A stretch of 64,000 nucleotides of DNA from NCBI GenBank assembly GCA_965206075.1, contig CBDBIS010000005.1:1997282-2061281 (forward strand). Reading direction: 5' to 3'. Numbering within the stretch: the first letter of the stretch is position 1; every line of letters begins with the position of its first letter. Under the pieces are notes generated by a model that saw only the letters and a list, made by a program, of their open reading frames with translations, ran no database searches and was not told where the DNA came from. The position numbers were made by a program, and so were the translations under genes. This document shows, in pieces, positions 1 through 12,459 of this stretch. Origin of the DNA: Alphaproteobacteria bacterium (GTDB lineage: Bacteria > Pseudomonadota > Alphaproteobacteria > Bin95).

Positions 1-1178
1 CGGATCGGCGGGGACACCCGGTCGCTTTCGGCGGGCGGGCGCTCGGCGACGCGCAACCGAAATATCTCAACACTCCCGAAACGCCGCTCTTCCGGAAGGG
101 AGAGACGCTTTACGGCCTGGCCCAGGCCCGCGACGCCGCATGGCGCACAAAGGAGATCGTGGTCGTCGAAGGCTATATGGACACGATCGCGCTTTCCCAA
201 TCGGGATTCGTGCAGACCGTGGCGTCGCTCGGCACGGCGTTCGGCGAAAACCAGTTGCGGGCGCTCTGGCGGGTCGTCGACGAGCCGGTGCTCTGTTTCG
301 ACGGCGACGAGGCGGGCCAGCGGGCGGCCCGGCGCGCCGCGGAGCGCGCGCTGCCGCTTCTGGTGCCCGGCAAGTCCCTGCGCTTCGCCCGCCTGCCCGA
401 CGAACGCGACCCGGACGACCTGGTCCGCCAGGAAGGCGCGGCCGCGCTGCGGGCCGTGCTGGACCGGGCGCAGACCCCGGTCGATCTCCTCTGGTCCAAC
501 GAGGCCGAGGCCGTCCGCCCCGATTCGCCCGACCGGCGCGCCCGGTTCAGCCGCAACCTGCTTGCGCTGGTTTCCGGCATCGGGGACGAGACGGTGCGGC
601 GCTACTACGAAGCGGAAATCCTGTCCCGCCTCCGGGAGCAGTTCGGGGTCAACCTGCAATTGCAGCCGGGCCGGCGGCGCCCCCAACCCCCTGCCGCGGG
701 CGGCGGACGGGAACGCGGCGATGCCCGGATCGCCGGATTGCGCGAACGCCAGGCCAAGGGCGTTCTGGCGGCGGCGATCAACCACCCCGAGCTTGCAGTC
801 GAGTTCGACCGGGAAATCGCCGAGCTCGATTGCGCCGGGCCGCTTGACAGGCTTCGGCATGAGATTCTAAGGCTGGCTGCTGGCGTAGAGGGGATTGACG
901 CGGACGGCTGGCGAACCCATTTCGACGAGGCCGGCCTTACCGGCGCGGTCGGCAGCGTGCTGTGCGAGGCCGTTTACAGCCTTGCCCACTTTGCCCGCCC
1001 GAACGCTCCGGCAGAGGAGGCGCGAAAGGGGTTGGAGCAGGTCTTTGCGGCATACCGTTCTGCGGCCATCGAGCGCGAGGTGACGGCGGTGGCCGAGACC
1101 GACGCCGAAGGCTCGCTGGAGCGCATGCCAGCGCTGGTGATGGAGGCCCGCAGGTCGCGCGCCCAGGACGGGACTTGA
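1..1178 (+). CDS. dnaG: DNA primase DnaG, C-terminal portion (5' end outside window)
   Basis: The frame is open from position 3. Translation shows PKYLNTPETPLFRKGETLYGL and the Toprim motif VVVEGYMDTIAL typical of DnaG. It lies immediately upstream of rpoD (conserved dnaG-rpoD synteny). Confidence 0.85.
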   Translation, partial: DRRGHPVAFGGRALGDAQPKYLNTPETPLFRKGETLYGLAQARDAAWRTKEIVVVEGYMDTIALSQSGFVQTVASLGTAFGENQLRALWRVVDEPVLCFDGDEAGQRAARRAAERALPLLVPGKSLRFARLPDERDPDDLVRQEGAAALRAVLDRAQTPVDLLWSNEAEAVRPDSPDRRARFSRNLLALVSGIGDETVRRYYEAEILSRLREQFGVNLQLQPGRRRPQPPAAGGGRERGDARIAGLRERQAKGVLAAAINHPELAVEFDREIAELDCAGPLDRLRHEILRLAAGVEGIDADGWRTHFDEAGLTGAVGSVLCEAVYSLAHFARPNAPAEEARKGLEQVFAAYRSAAIEREVTAVAETDAEGSLERMPALVMEARRSRAQDGT

Positions 1179-1208
1179 AAGAAGCAAGAAATCGGGGACG
1201 GATGCAGC

Positions 1209-3143
<1,935 letters not shown>

Positions 3144-3149
3144 CGGGAC

Positions 3150-3300
3150 CCGCCCGGCGCTCCAACCGTCGCCCCGGCCCCCGAGCCGGGGCCCAGCCTC
3201 GGTTCTTGCGGCAGCCTCAGCGGTTCGCCCTATTCTCCAACGGTTGCGGAGGCATCGGGAGCTATGGATGGATCCCGGCTCGGGGGCCGGGGTGACGATG
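3150..3300. repeat. Copy A of ~150-bp intergenic MITE/REP-like element (gtcaccccggcccccgagccggggcc ... ggccggggtgac ends)
   Basis: Sequence family shared with 12205-12360, 36895-37085 (reverse) and 39025-39240. It has terminal inverted repeats, and conserved core words ggttctcgcggcaacttcagcggtcg and gctatggatgga. Confidence 0.7.
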
Positions 3301-3381
3301 GGGGAGGTCGCCATCGGTTCCCGTCAACGACCGCTGGCATAGCCGGGCGCCGGGTCTTTCGACGGAGGCGGGGGAGCCGCC

Positions 3382-4551
3382 TCAGTAGCTCTTCGGCAGG
3401 TCGAGTTCCTTCTCGGCGATGAAGGAGAGCGCAAGCTGCCAGCTCACCGGCGCGATCCGGGCGATCCAGATCTCGCGGAGCCAGCGCTCTACATGGTATT
3501 CCTTGGCGTAGCCCATGCCGCCATGGGTCAGGATGGCGCGCTCGCAGGCTTCGTGACCCACTTCCGCCGCAAGGTATTTCGCGGCATTGGCCTGCGGCCC
3601 GCAGGCTTCGCCCCGGTCATACATCCACGCCGCCTTGTAAACGAGCAGTTCGGCCGCCTCCAGCTTCGCCCAGCTTTCCGCCAGCGGATGCTGGATCGAC
3701 TGGTTCTGCCCGATCGGGCGGTTGAACACCTGGCGCTCGCGCGCATAGTCCGCCGCCCGGTTCAATGCGCAGCGCCCGATCCCGACCGCCTCGGCGGCGA
3801 CGAGGATCCGCTCCGGGTTCAGGCCGTCGAGCAGGTAGTGGAAGCCCCTGCCCTCTTCGCCGATGCGGTCTTCAGCCGGCACCGGCAGGCCATCGAAGAA
3901 CACCGAGTTCGAATCGACCGCCGACCGGCCCATTTTCGGAATCTCCGTCGGCGTCAGATAGCGCCGGTCGAAGTCCGTATAGAACAGCGTCAGACCGTCG
4001 AAGGCCCGCTTGCACTGCTCGCTCGGCGTGGTGCGGGCGATCAGCAGCATCTTGTCGGCCACCTGCGCCGTCGAGGTCCAGAGCTTCTGCCCGTGGACGA
4101 TGTATCCGCCCTTGCCGTCCGGCTCGGCCCGCGTCTTGAGGCTGGAGGTGTTGAGGCCGGAGTCCGGTTCCGTCACCGCGAAACAGGCTTTCTTCTCGCC
4201 GGCGATCAGCTCCGGCAGCATGCGCCGGCGTTGCTCGTCCGTGCCATGCTTGACGATGGGATGGGGGCCGAAAATGTTGAGATGGATCGCGGAGCAGCCG
4301 CTCATGCCGGCGCCGGACTGGGCCACCGCCTGCATCAGGATCGTCGCCTCGACGATGCCGAGCCCGGACCCGCCGAATTCCTCCGGCATGGCGATGCCGA
4401 GCCACCCGCCTTCCGCCATGGCCCGGTGGAAATCGTGCGGGAACTCGCCCCCGGCGTCGCGTTCGCGCCAATAGTCGAGGTCGAAGCCGGCGCAGAGGCG
4501 CTCCACCGCCTCGCGCATCTGGTCGTGCTGCTCGCTCCATTCGAATTGCAT
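3382..4551 (-). CDS. acyl-CoA dehydrogenase family protein
   Basis: MQFEWSEQHDQMREAVERLCAGFD...; ACAD N-, middle and C-terminal domain motifs (GGSGLGIVEATILMQ, YLAAEVGHEACERAILTHGGMGY). Start taken at MQFEWS rather than the upstream ORF extension. Confidence 0.85.
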   Translation of the reverse strand: MQFEWSEQHDQMREAVERLCAGFDLDYWRERDAGGEFPHDFHRAMAEGGWLGIAMPEEFGGSGLGIVEATILMQAVAQSGAGMSGCSAIHLNIFGPHPIVKHGTDEQRRRMLPELIAGEKKACFAVTEPDSGLNTSSLKTRAEPDGKGGYIVHGQKLWTSTAQVADKMLLIARTTPSEQCKRAFDGLTLFYTDFDRRYLTPTEIPKMGRSAVDSNSVFFDGLPVPAEDRIGEEGRGFHYLLDGLNPERILVAAEAVGIGRCALNRAADYARERQVFNRPIGQNQSIQHPLAESWAKLEAAELLVYKAAWMYDRGEACGPQANAAKYLAAEVGHEACERAILTHGGMGYAKEYHVERWLREIWIARIAPVSWQLALSFIAEKELDLPKSY

Positions 4552-4706
4552 GGCGCACCCCTCTCCGCCTCTTGCACCGCAGGCTGCTATACCCATTCTC
4601 CGAATGCGCGGCAACGACCGGCGCGGCGGCCGGCTCTCGCCAAACCCGCCCTGGCGGTGCTAAACATCCGCCCCCATCCGGCCCGGCATTCCGGAGTCCC
4701 TGTCCC

Positions 4707-5210
4707 ATGTTCCTCAGAACCCTGATCCTGCTCATTCTGGCCGCCGCCGCGCAGCCCGCGGCCGCCCAGGTCGTCCAGGGCGAGACGTCCGGCGACTGGA
4801 CGAAAGGCTGCCTCCAGCCGCGCGAGGACAGGCCGAACGCCTCGGAGCAGTGCTTTGTCTTCCAGCGCCTCTTCCCGCCGGGCTCCGAGCAGGCGGCAGC
4901 CACGGTCGCGGTCGGGCGGCCGGGACCCGGCAAGCCGCTGCTGGCATCGCTGACGGTGCCGCTCGGGGTCAACCTGCCCCAGGGAATCACGGTCTGGGTC
5001 GAGGGCGACGAAAAGGCTGTCCGGCGCCCGCCGCTGCTATTCTGCGTCCAGGCCGGCTGCGAGGCGAACATGCGCATGGACGAGATGATGCTGGCGGCGT
5101 TCAAGCAGCGCCTGACCGCCGCGCTGTCCTTCACTATGGTGGACGGCCGGCAGATCACCCTTCCGGTCTCGCTGCGCGGCTTCACGCACGCGCTCACCTT
5201 CCTCGAGTGA
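4707..5210 (+). CDS. invasion-associated locus B (IalB) family secreted protein
   Basis: Signal peptide MFLRTLILLILAAAAQPAAAQ. Downstream GDWTKGC...CFVFQRL...LFCVQAGCEA pattern characteristic of IalB-family periplasmic proteins. Confidence 0.7.
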   Translation: MFLRTLILLILAAAAQPAAAQVVQGETSGDWTKGCLQPREDRPNASEQCFVFQRLFPPGSEQAAATVAVGRPGPGKPLLASLTVPLGVNLPQGITVWVEGDEKAVRRPPLLFCVQAGCEANMRMDEMMLAAFKQRLTAALSFTMVDGRQITLPVSLRGFTHALTFLE

Positions 5211-6289
5211 AGCCCGCCGGCATTCTGCCCTCGCAGCTCCTGCGCAAAGCGGTCGAGGCCGGCGCGCTCGCGGCCTGCCGGCCCATCGAGGAAGATCAGA
5301 TTCAGCCGGCGAGCCTCGACCTCCGGCTCGGCCGGCGCGCATGGCGGGTCCGGGCAAGCTTCCTGCCGGACCCGGCCAGCGCGCTGGCCGGGCGCATCGA
5401 CCGCCACGCCATGCATGAGATCGACCTTGCCGGGGGCGCAGTGCTGGAGCGCGGCTGCGTCTATATCGTCGAACTCATGGAGCGGGCGGCGCTCGACGCC
5501 GGCACGGCGGCCGTCGCCAATCCGAAAAGCTCGACCGGACGCCTCGACGTGTTCGCGCGGCTGATCGCCGACCGCGTGCCGGAATTCGACCGGCTGCCGG
5601 CCGGCTATGAGGGGCGGCTCCATGTCGAACTCGCGCCGCGCACCTTCTCCATCCTCGTCCGCGAAGGCGCGCGCCTGGTGCAGCTCCGCCTGCGGCGGGG
5701 AACGCAGGCGGGCGACGACCCGGCGTTGCGCGACCTGCATGCGCGCGATGCGCTGGTGGACCGCGAAGCCATCATCGACGACGGGCTCGTGCTCACGGTG
5801 GACACGCAGGGAAAGGGAGGCGTGATCGCCTGGAAGGCGCGCGCCCATGCGGGCCTGGTCGATGTCGAGCGCATCGGCCATTACGATCCCGAGGAATTCT
5901 GGGAACCGGTTGCGGCACGGCCCGGCCAGGGCATCGTGCTCAACCCGGACGATTTCTACATTCTCGCCTCGAAGGAGACGGTTTCGATCCCGCCCGACCA
6001 CGCGGCCGAAATGCGCCCTTACGACACCCGCGTCGGCGAGTTCCGCGTCCATTACGCGGGGTTCTTCGATCCCGGTTTCGGCTACGGCGCCGGCAGCCGG
6101 GCGGTGCTGGAGGTGCGCGCCCACGATGTGCCGTTCGTTGTCGAGGACGGCCAGCCGGTCGGGCGGTTGATATACGAGCCGATGCTCGAAGCCCCGGACA
6201 AGATTTACGGCGGCGGCATCGGCTCGACCTATCAGGCGCAGGGCCTGCGCCTCGGCAAGCAGTTTCGAGAGCCGCACGGGACTGGATAG
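5207..6289 (+). CDS. dcd: 2'-deoxycytidine 5'-triphosphate deaminase (alphaproteobacterial long-form Dcd)
   Basis: [19 protein letters not shown]...PASLDLRLG...; dCTP deaminase/dUTPase fold motifs. GTG start overlaps the stop of the upstream gene; start position uncertain. Confidence 0.7.
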   Translation: MKPAGILPSQLLRKAVEAGALAACRPIEEDQIQPASLDLRLGRRAWRVRASFLPDPASALAGRIDRHAMHEIDLAGGAVLERGCVYIVELMERAALDAGTAAVANPKSSTGRLDVFARLIADRVPEFDRLPAGYEGRLHVELAPRTFSILVREGARLVQLRLRRGTQAGDDPALRDLHARDALVDREAIIDDGLVLTVDTQGKGGVIAWKARAHAGLVDVERIGHYDPEEFWEPVAARPGQGIVLNPDDFYILASKETVSIPPDHAAEMRPYDTRVGEFRVHYAGFFDPGFGYGAGSRAVLEVRAHDVPFVVEDGQPVGRLIYEPMLEAPDKIYGGGIGSTYQAQGLRLGKQFREPHGTG

Positions 6290-6351
6290 GGTCTGGAAAA
6301 AACCGTGCGGGGGCGCGACTATCGGGCGGACCCGGAAACGAGCGGGAGAGG

Positions 6352-8304
6352 ATGGCGATGAGCGAACGGACCATTTTTCCGGTCACGGCCGGGACGGCCG
6401 AAGGCGCCCACATAGACTCGGCAGCCTATGAGGCGATGTACCGCCGGTCGGTGGAGGACCCGGAAGGCTTCTGGGCCGAGCAGGCCGGGAGGCTCGACTG
6501 GATCAGGCCCTTCACGAAGGTAAAGGACGTTTCCTGGGCGAAGGACGACCTGCATATCCGCTGGTTCGAGGACGGCACGCTCAACGCCTCGGCGAACTGC
6601 CTCGACCGCCACCTCGCCGAACGCGGCGGGCAGACGGCGATCATCTGGGAAGGCGACGATCCCGACCTGTCGGAGCACATCACCTATCGCGACCTGCATG
6701 AGCGGGTGTGCAAATTCGCGAACGTGCTGAAGGCACGGGGCGTGAAGCGCGGCGACAGGGTGACGATCTACCTGCCGATGATCCCGGAAATCGCCGTCGC
6801 GGTGCTCGCCTGCGCGCGCATCGGCGCGATCCACTCGGTCGTCTTCGGCGGCTTCTCGCCGGACGCGCTCGCCGGGCGGATCACCGACTGCGCCTCGACC
6901 GCGGTCATCACGGCTGACGAGGGCCTGCGCGGCGGGCGTACGGTGCCGCTGAAGGCCAACACCGACGCCGCGCTTGCCTCCTGTCCCGACTGCACGACCT
7001 GCATCGTGGTCCGCCGCACCGGCGGCGAGATCGGCTGGGTCGATGGCCGCGACCGCTGGTACGAGGAAGAGATGGCGGGCGCCTCGGCAGACTGTCCGCC
7101 GGAGGAGATGGGTGCGGAGGACCCGCTCTTCATCCTCTACACCTCCGGCTCGACAGGACAGCCGAAGGGCGTGCTGCACACGACCGGCGGCTATCTCACC
7201 TTCGCCTCGATGACACACGAGCTCACCTTCGACTACCGGGACGGCGAAGTGTTCTGGTGCACGGCAGATGTCGGCTGGGTCACGGGCCACAGCTACATTC
7301 TCTACGGCCCGCTCGCCAACGGCGCGGTCACGCTGATGTTCGAGGGCGTGCCGAACTATCCGGACAGCTCGCGCTTCTGGCAGGTCTGCGACAAGCACGA
7401 TGTCTCGATCTTCTACACAGCGCCCACGGCCATCCGCGCGCTGATGCGCGAGGGCGACGGACCCGTCAGGGCAACCTCGCGCAAGAGCCTGCGCATCCTC
7501 GGCACGGTCGGCGAGCCGATCAATCCGGAGGCCTGGCTCTGGTATTACGACGTGGTGGGCGACGGCCGCTGTCCCATCGTGGATACCTGGTGGCAGACCG
7601 AAACGGGCGGCCACCTGATTACGCCGCTGCCGGGCGCGACGGACCTCAAGCCGGGCTCCGCTACCAAGCCCTTCTTCGGCGTCAGGCCCGCGCTCGTGGA
7701 CAATGAAGGCGCGCTGCTGGAAGGCGCCACCTCCGGCAATCTCGTCATCCTCGACAGCTGGCCCGGCCAGATGCGCACGGTCTATGGCGATCACCAGCGC
7801 TTCATCGACACCTACTTCTCAACCTATGAAGGCATGTATTTCACCGGCGACGGTGCGATCCGGGACGAGGACGGCTATTTCTGGATCACCGGGCGGGTGG
7901 ACGATGTCATCAACGTCTCCGGCCACCGCATGGGCACGGCGGAGGTGGAGAGCGCGCTGGTCGCCCATGAGAAGGTCGCCGAGGCCGCGGTGGTCGGCTA
8001 CCCGCACGACATCAAGGGCCAGGGCATCTACGCCTATGTGACGCTCAATCTCGGCGAGGAGCCGTCGGACGACCTCAATGCCGAACTGGTGCGCTGGGTG
8101 CGCTCGGAGATCGGCCCGATCGCCACGCCGGACCTCATCCAGTGGGCGCCGGGCCTGCCCAAGACGCGCTCCGGCAAGATCATGCGGCGCATCCTGCGCA
8201 AGATCGCGGAGGACGATTTCGGCAATCTCGGCGACACCTCGACGCTCGCCGAGCCGGCCGTTGTGGAGGACCTGATCCACAACCGGCGCAACCGGCGCGA
8301 CTGA
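6352..8304 (+). CDS. acs: acetyl-coenzyme A synthetase
   Basis: 650 aa. Motifs [22 protein letters not shown], and C-terminal [19 protein letters not shown], a classic Acs lysine-acetylation-site context. Confidence 0.97.
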   Translation: MAMSERTIFPVTAGTAEGAHIDSAAYEAMYRRSVEDPEGFWAEQAGRLDWIRPFTKVKDVSWAKDDLHIRWFEDGTLNASANCLDRHLAERGGQTAIIWEGDDPDLSEHITYRDLHERVCKFANVLKARGVKRGDRVTIYLPMIPEIAVAVLACARIGAIHSVVFGGFSPDALAGRITDCASTAVITADEGLRGGRTVPLKANTDAALASCPDCTTCIVVRRTGGEIGWVDGRDRWYEEEMAGASADCPPEEMGAEDPLFILYTSGSTGQPKGVLHTTGGYLTFASMTHELTFDYRDGEVFWCTADVGWVTGHSYILYGPLANGAVTLMFEGVPNYPDSSRFWQVCDKHDVSIFYTAPTAIRALMREGDGPVRATSRKSLRILGTVGEPINPEAWLWYYDVVGDGRCPIVDTWWQTETGGHLITPLPGATDLKPGSATKPFFGVRPALVDNEGALLEGATSGNLVILDSWPGQMRTVYGDHQRFIDTYFSTYEGMYFTGDGAIRDEDGYFWITGRVDDVINVSGHRMGTAEVESALVAHEKVAEAAVVGYPHDIKGQGIYAYVTLNLGEEPSDDLNAELVRWVRSEIGPIATPDLIQWAPGLPKTRSGKIMRRILRKIAEDDFGNLGDTSTLAEPAVVEDLIHNRRNRRD

Positions 8305-8327
8305 CCGCCAAAGGGGGGCTGCGCGTC

Positions 8328-9614
8328 ATGCTTCGGGACCGCTACGGCCTCGTCCTCTCGACGAACTCGGCCGCGGCGCGCGATGCCTATGTCGAGGCGA
8401 TGGACCTGTTCCTCGGCGCAAATGCCGGCGCCGAACAGGCATTCGCGCGCGCCGGTCGCGAAGACCCGTCCTTCGCGCTCGCCCATGCCGGCCGGGCGCG
8501 GGCGATGCAGATGCGGGGCCGGGCGCGCGAGGCGCACGAAGCGATGGCCGAGGCGCGGGCCGCCGCCAACGGATGTTCGGGCAGGGAAGCCGGCCATCTG
8601 AACGCGCTCGGCCTGCTGATCGACGGCGACGGGCCGGGCGCCTATGCCGCGATTCTCGCCCACCTCAGGGACTGGCCGCTGGACGCGATAATCGTCCAGC
8701 CCTGCTGCGGCGTGTTCGGTCTTATCGGCTTCAGCGGCCGGGCAGGGCGCGAGGCGGAGCAATTGGCGTTCACCGACCGGCTGGCGCCGCATTACGGCGA
8801 TGACTGGTGGTTCCTCGCCCAGCACGGTTTCTCGCAGGTCGAGGCCGGCCAGGTCGCCGAGGCCGAGGCGAACCTTGAGCGCGCGCTCGCCGGCAATCCC
8901 CGCAACGCCAATGCCGCGCATATCCGCGCGCATGTGCACTATGAGGCGGGCGAGCCCGAGGCCGGGCTCGAGCGGCTGGACGCCTGGCGGCAGGACTATG
9001 ACCGGGAGGCACAGCTTTCCTGCCATATCGCCTGGCATGTGGCCATCTGGAAGGCCGAGGCAGGCGACATGGACGGGGCCTGGCGCGTGTTCGAGGCCGA
9101 TGTCGCGCCGGACGGCGCCTGGGGCCCGCCGATCAACGTGCTGACCGACAGCGCCGCCTTCGTACTGCGCGCCGAGCTCGCGGGCGCGACCGTGCCGGAG
9201 GGCGTCTGGGAGCGGCTCAGCGACTATGCAGCCCGGTTCTTCCCGAATCCGGGCATCGCCTTCGCCGACCTGCACGCCGCGCTGGCGCATGCCATGGCCG
9301 GCCGCGGCGATGCGCTGGCGCGCATCGCCGGCGGCGCAGCGGGTCCGGCGGCCGACATGGTGTCGGGGCTGGCAGCAGCCCTCGGCGCCTATGCGCGAAG
9401 CGACTGGGAGGAGGCCGTCGCGCTGCTGGCGCCATGGATGGCCGGACATGAGCGCGTGGGAGGCAGCCGCGCCCAGCGCGACCTCCTGGAATTCGCCCTG
9501 CTCGGCGCCCTTCTGCGAAGCGGCCGGACCGAAGAGGTCCACCGCCTGCTTGTCCTCCGCCGTCCGGTCCATGCCCCCGCTCCGCCGCTGGCGGGCCTGC
9601 ACGCGCCATCGTGA
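8328..9614 (+). CDS. tetratricopeptide-repeat protein of unknown function
   Basis: Ala/Arg-rich helical repeats. No catalytic motif recognised. Start chosen at MLRDRYG after the acs stop. Confidence 0.5.
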   Translation: MLRDRYGLVLSTNSAAARDAYVEAMDLFLGANAGAEQAFARAGREDPSFALAHAGRARAMQMRGRAREAHEAMAEARAAANGCSGREAGHLNALGLLIDGDGPGAYAAILAHLRDWPLDAIIVQPCCGVFGLIGFSGRAGREAEQLAFTDRLAPHYGDDWWFLAQHGFSQVEAGQVAEAEANLERALAGNPRNANAAHIRAHVHYEAGEPEAGLERLDAWRQDYDREAQLSCHIAWHVAIWKAEAGDMDGAWRVFEADVAPDGAWGPPINVLTDSAAFVLRAELAGATVPEGVWERLSDYAARFFPNPGIAFADLHAALAHAMAGRGDALARIAGGAAGPAADMVSGLAAALGAYARSDWEEAVALLAPWMAGHERVGGSRAQRDLLEFALLGALLRSGRTEEVHRLLVLRRPVHAPAPPLAGLHAPS

Positions 9615-9908
9615 TGTTTCGGCGAGCCGGAAGCCGGCGGGCGAATCGCCGGACAGGCCTCGCACAGCCATTCGAAACGGAGACTACGAAGACAGGTTGA
9701 CGGGGAGACCGGCGACATTTCTTCCGTCATACCTCAACACCCCGTTCGCCATACCCGGAGAGAAGGCGCGAAGCCTCGCAAACCTGTCGTCAGCCTGTTT
9801 GTATAAGCCCCTTCGGAACGCCGGGCGAAGGCCGCCGGAATTGCGGACCGATCGTCCGCATGCAACAACAAGATTGACTAATAACAAATATCGGCAATAC
9901 AGATATCT

Positions 9909-10763
9909 ATGGCTGATATCGACACAAGGCTCCTTCGGTCGTTCCTGACCGTCGCCGCGGAGCGGAGCTTCTCTATCGCAGCGGAGCTTCGGGGCTGCTC
10001 CCAGGGAACGATGTCGCTGAGAATCCGTACCCTGGAAGAGCAGCTCGGCATGCGGCTTTTCGAGCGCAACCGCGCCGACGTCCGCCTGACGGATGCGGGC
10101 AGGGACCTCCTGCCTGCAGCCCAGGCGATGGTGGACCTGCACGACCGGCTGCTCGATTGCGCGAACTCGAAATTGATCGAGGGAAGCATTCGGGTCGGTG
10201 TTGCCGAGGACTGCTCCTTGTCCCTGTTTCCCGAACTGCTGAACCGGACCCGGGAGACCTATCCGTCGCTCGATCTGCACATACGCTGCGGCAGCAGCCG
10301 GGAAGTCGGCCTGAAGGCCGAGACGGGCGAGCTGGACCTTGCCGTGGTCATGATGCTGGAGGAATTGCCGTCGGCGGCAAAACTCTCCCGGCCACGCCTG
10401 TTCTGGGTGTCCGCGCCCGACTTCGCGGTCGCCGACTGGCCTGTCCTGCCGCTCGCCGGCTATCCGGAAGGGTATGCGCTCCGCGAAGCGGCAGTCGCCG
10501 CATTGAAGTCCCGCGAAACCCCGTTCCGGCATGTGCTGACGAGCTCCGACGACCGGGCCATCCAGTCCGCCGTCGCCTGCGGTGCGGCGGTCGCCGTGAT
10601 GGCGGAAGGAACCGTCCCGGGGGACTTGAAGACCGTCTCCCCTTCTCCCGCACTACCGTCGCCCGGTCGGGCCTTCATCCAGCTCCTGGAAAGGCCCGAT
10701 CTGCAATCCGAGGCGGCACAGATCGTCAAACGGGAGATGGCCAGCCTGTTTCCCGGCGCCTGA
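9909..10763 (+). CDS. LysR-family transcriptional regulator
   Basis: N-terminal HTH LLRSFLTVAAERSFSIAAELRGCSQGTMSLRIRTLEEQLGMRLFERN followed by a LysR substrate-binding domain. Confidence 0.9.
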   Translation: MADIDTRLLRSFLTVAAERSFSIAAELRGCSQGTMSLRIRTLEEQLGMRLFERNRADVRLTDAGRDLLPAAQAMVDLHDRLLDCANSKLIEGSIRVGVAEDCSLSLFPELLNRTRETYPSLDLHIRCGSSREVGLKAETGELDLAVVMMLEELPSAAKLSRPRLFWVSAPDFAVADWPVLPLAGYPEGYALREAAVAALKSRETPFRHVLTSSDDRAIQSAVACGAAVAVMAEGTVPGDLKTVSPSPALPSPGRAFIQLLERPDLQSEAAQIVKREMASLFPGA

Positions 10764-10794
10764 ATCCCTTTCCGACAGCGGATTCCGAGCGTCG

Positions 10795-12087
10795 TCAGGC
10801 TCGACCTGTTCGCCCGGCGCATTCCGTCAGCGCCCGGTCGAGGATGCCCATCGCACTGTCGATCTGTTCCCGGGTCACGGTAAGCGGCGGCGCGATCCGG
10901 AAGATGTGCGCGCTCGCCTGCCGGGCGATGTTGAGGCTGGCGCCGAGTTCGATACAGCGGTGTCCCACTTCCGCGCCCAGCCCGTGGGCGGGCTTCTTGC
11001 CATGCCGGTCCTCGACCAGTTCCAGCCCGATCAGCAGGCCCCGGCCGCGCACGTCGCCGATGCACTCGTGGCGCTGCTGCAGGTCGATGAGGATGTTCTT
11101 CATGTAGGTCCCAAGCTCGCGGGCGCGCTCCTCCAGCCGGTCGCGGACGACAATCTCGACGACCTTGGCCCCCACCGCCGCCGGAAGCGGGTCGGCGGTA
11201 TGGGTGGTGTAGAAAAGGAAGTCGTTCTCGTAGCAGGCCTCTTCCAGCTCGGCCGAAGCGATCGTTGCGGAGAGCGGCAGGCCCGCGCCCAGGGTCTTGG
11301 AGAGCGTCAGAATGTCGGGAACCACGCCTTCATGCTCGAAGGCGAACCGGTCTCCGGTGCGCCCGAGGCCCGTCTGCGCCTCGTCGTAGATGAGCAGCAT
11401 GCCGCGCCTCTGGCAGTGCTCGGAGAGCGCGGTGAGATAGCCGTCGGGAAGCTCGATAACGCCGGCCGAACTCAGGATGGGCTCGAGAATCATGGCGGCG
11501 AGGCTGCCTGTGGATTGCCGGTCGATGCTCTCGAAGCCCCAGTCGAGCTCGGCGCGCCAGTCATATTCCCCATTGGAGGCAAAGGGCGAGCGGTAGGCGT
11601 GCGGCGTCGGAAGCGCGAGCACGCCGGGGATCGTCGCTCCGTAGCCCCGCCGGGCGCCGTTGAAGGTCGCCGAGCCGGCGCCGCCGGTTACCCCGTGCCA
11701 GGACCGGTCGAAGGCGACAATCTCGTAGCGGCCGGTCGCGAGCTTGGCAATCTTGAGCGCCGCCTCGTTGGACTCGCCGCCCGTGCTGAGCGGCAGCACC
11801 TTGGACAGCGAGTCCGGCAGCAGCGCGTTCAGCGCGTTCGCCAGATCGATGACCGGGTCCGAAATGAAGCAGCTGTGGATATGGTCCAGGCGCTCGATGC
11901 CGTCTCGGACCGTGGCGACGATCTCCGGGTGCGCGTGCCCGAGAATCGAGCTCATCTGCCCGGAGGTGAAATCGAGGATGTCCCGTCCGTCGCGGTCCCG
12001 GACGACCGCCCCGCTCGCACTGGCTATGATCGTGTCGGAGAACTCGTTGGTGTAACGGAAGATGTGCTCGGTTTCGGACAGGGACAT
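10795..12087 (-). CDS. class III (omega/aspartate-family) PLP-dependent aminotransferase
   Basis: FTSGQMSSILGHAHPEIV..., DEAQTGLGRTG, and the TLSKTLG lysine motif. Start at MSLSETEH. Confidence 0.85.
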   Translation of the reverse strand: MSLSETEHIFRYTNEFSDTIIASASGAVVRDRDGRDILDFTSGQMSSILGHAHPEIVATVRDGIERLDHIHSCFISDPVIDLANALNALLPDSLSKVLPLSTGGESNEAALKIAKLATGRYEIVAFDRSWHGVTGGAGSATFNGARRGYGATIPGVLALPTPHAYRSPFASNGEYDWRAELDWGFESIDRQSTGSLAAMILEPILSSAGVIELPDGYLTALSEHCQRRGMLLIYDEAQTGLGRTGDRFAFEHEGVVPDILTLSKTLGAGLPLSATIASAELEEACYENDFLFYTTHTADPLPAAVGAKVVEIVVRDRLEERARELGTYMKNILIDLQQRHECIGDVRGRGLLIGLELVEDRHGKKPAHGLGAEVGHRCIELGASLNIARQASAHIFRIAPPLTVTREQIDSAMGILDRALTECAGRTGRA

Positions 12088-12204
12088 GGCGTGAGGCTCC
12101 GGTTTCAGCTGGCAGGATACCATTTCGGCGGAGAGTTCCCGCGGGCAACGGCGGCGATCCGGAATGTTATGCCAACGGTCGTCGATCGGAACCTATTGTG
12201 ATGG

Positions 12205-12360
12205 CCCCCACCGTCACCCCGGCCCCCGAGCCGGGGCCCAGCCCCGGTTCTCGCGGCAACTTCAGCGGTCGAGCCTGCTCCCCACCGGCTACGGCATCGT
12301 CGAGAGCCATGGATGGACCCCGGCTCTCCGCTTCGCTCCGGCCGGGGTGACGCAGAGGGA
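12205..12360. repeat. Copy B of ~150-bp MITE/REP-like element
   Basis: Near-identical words to copy A (caccccggcccccgagccggggcccagccccggttctcgcggcaacttcagcggtcg ... ccatggatgga ... ccggccggggtgacg). Confidence 0.7.
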
Positions 12361-12459
12361 AAACCGGGCGGCAATCTCCATGAGTCACAAACCGGAGCCG
12401 CTGGTATTACGGGAGGCCGGGTTGGGGGCCGCTTTCGCGCCAGCGGAAGCGGAGGACGG

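Noticed and set aside
4850-6289. 479-aa ORF for dcd
   Set aside because: The N-terminal 119 aa are the alternate frame of the IalB gene. The Dcd homology begins near the GTG at 5207.
9880-9925. Palindrome gatatctatggctgatatc at the LysR start as an autoregulatory LysR box
   Set aside because: It overlaps the start codon rather than lying in a divergent promoter, and it does not fit T-N11-A well.
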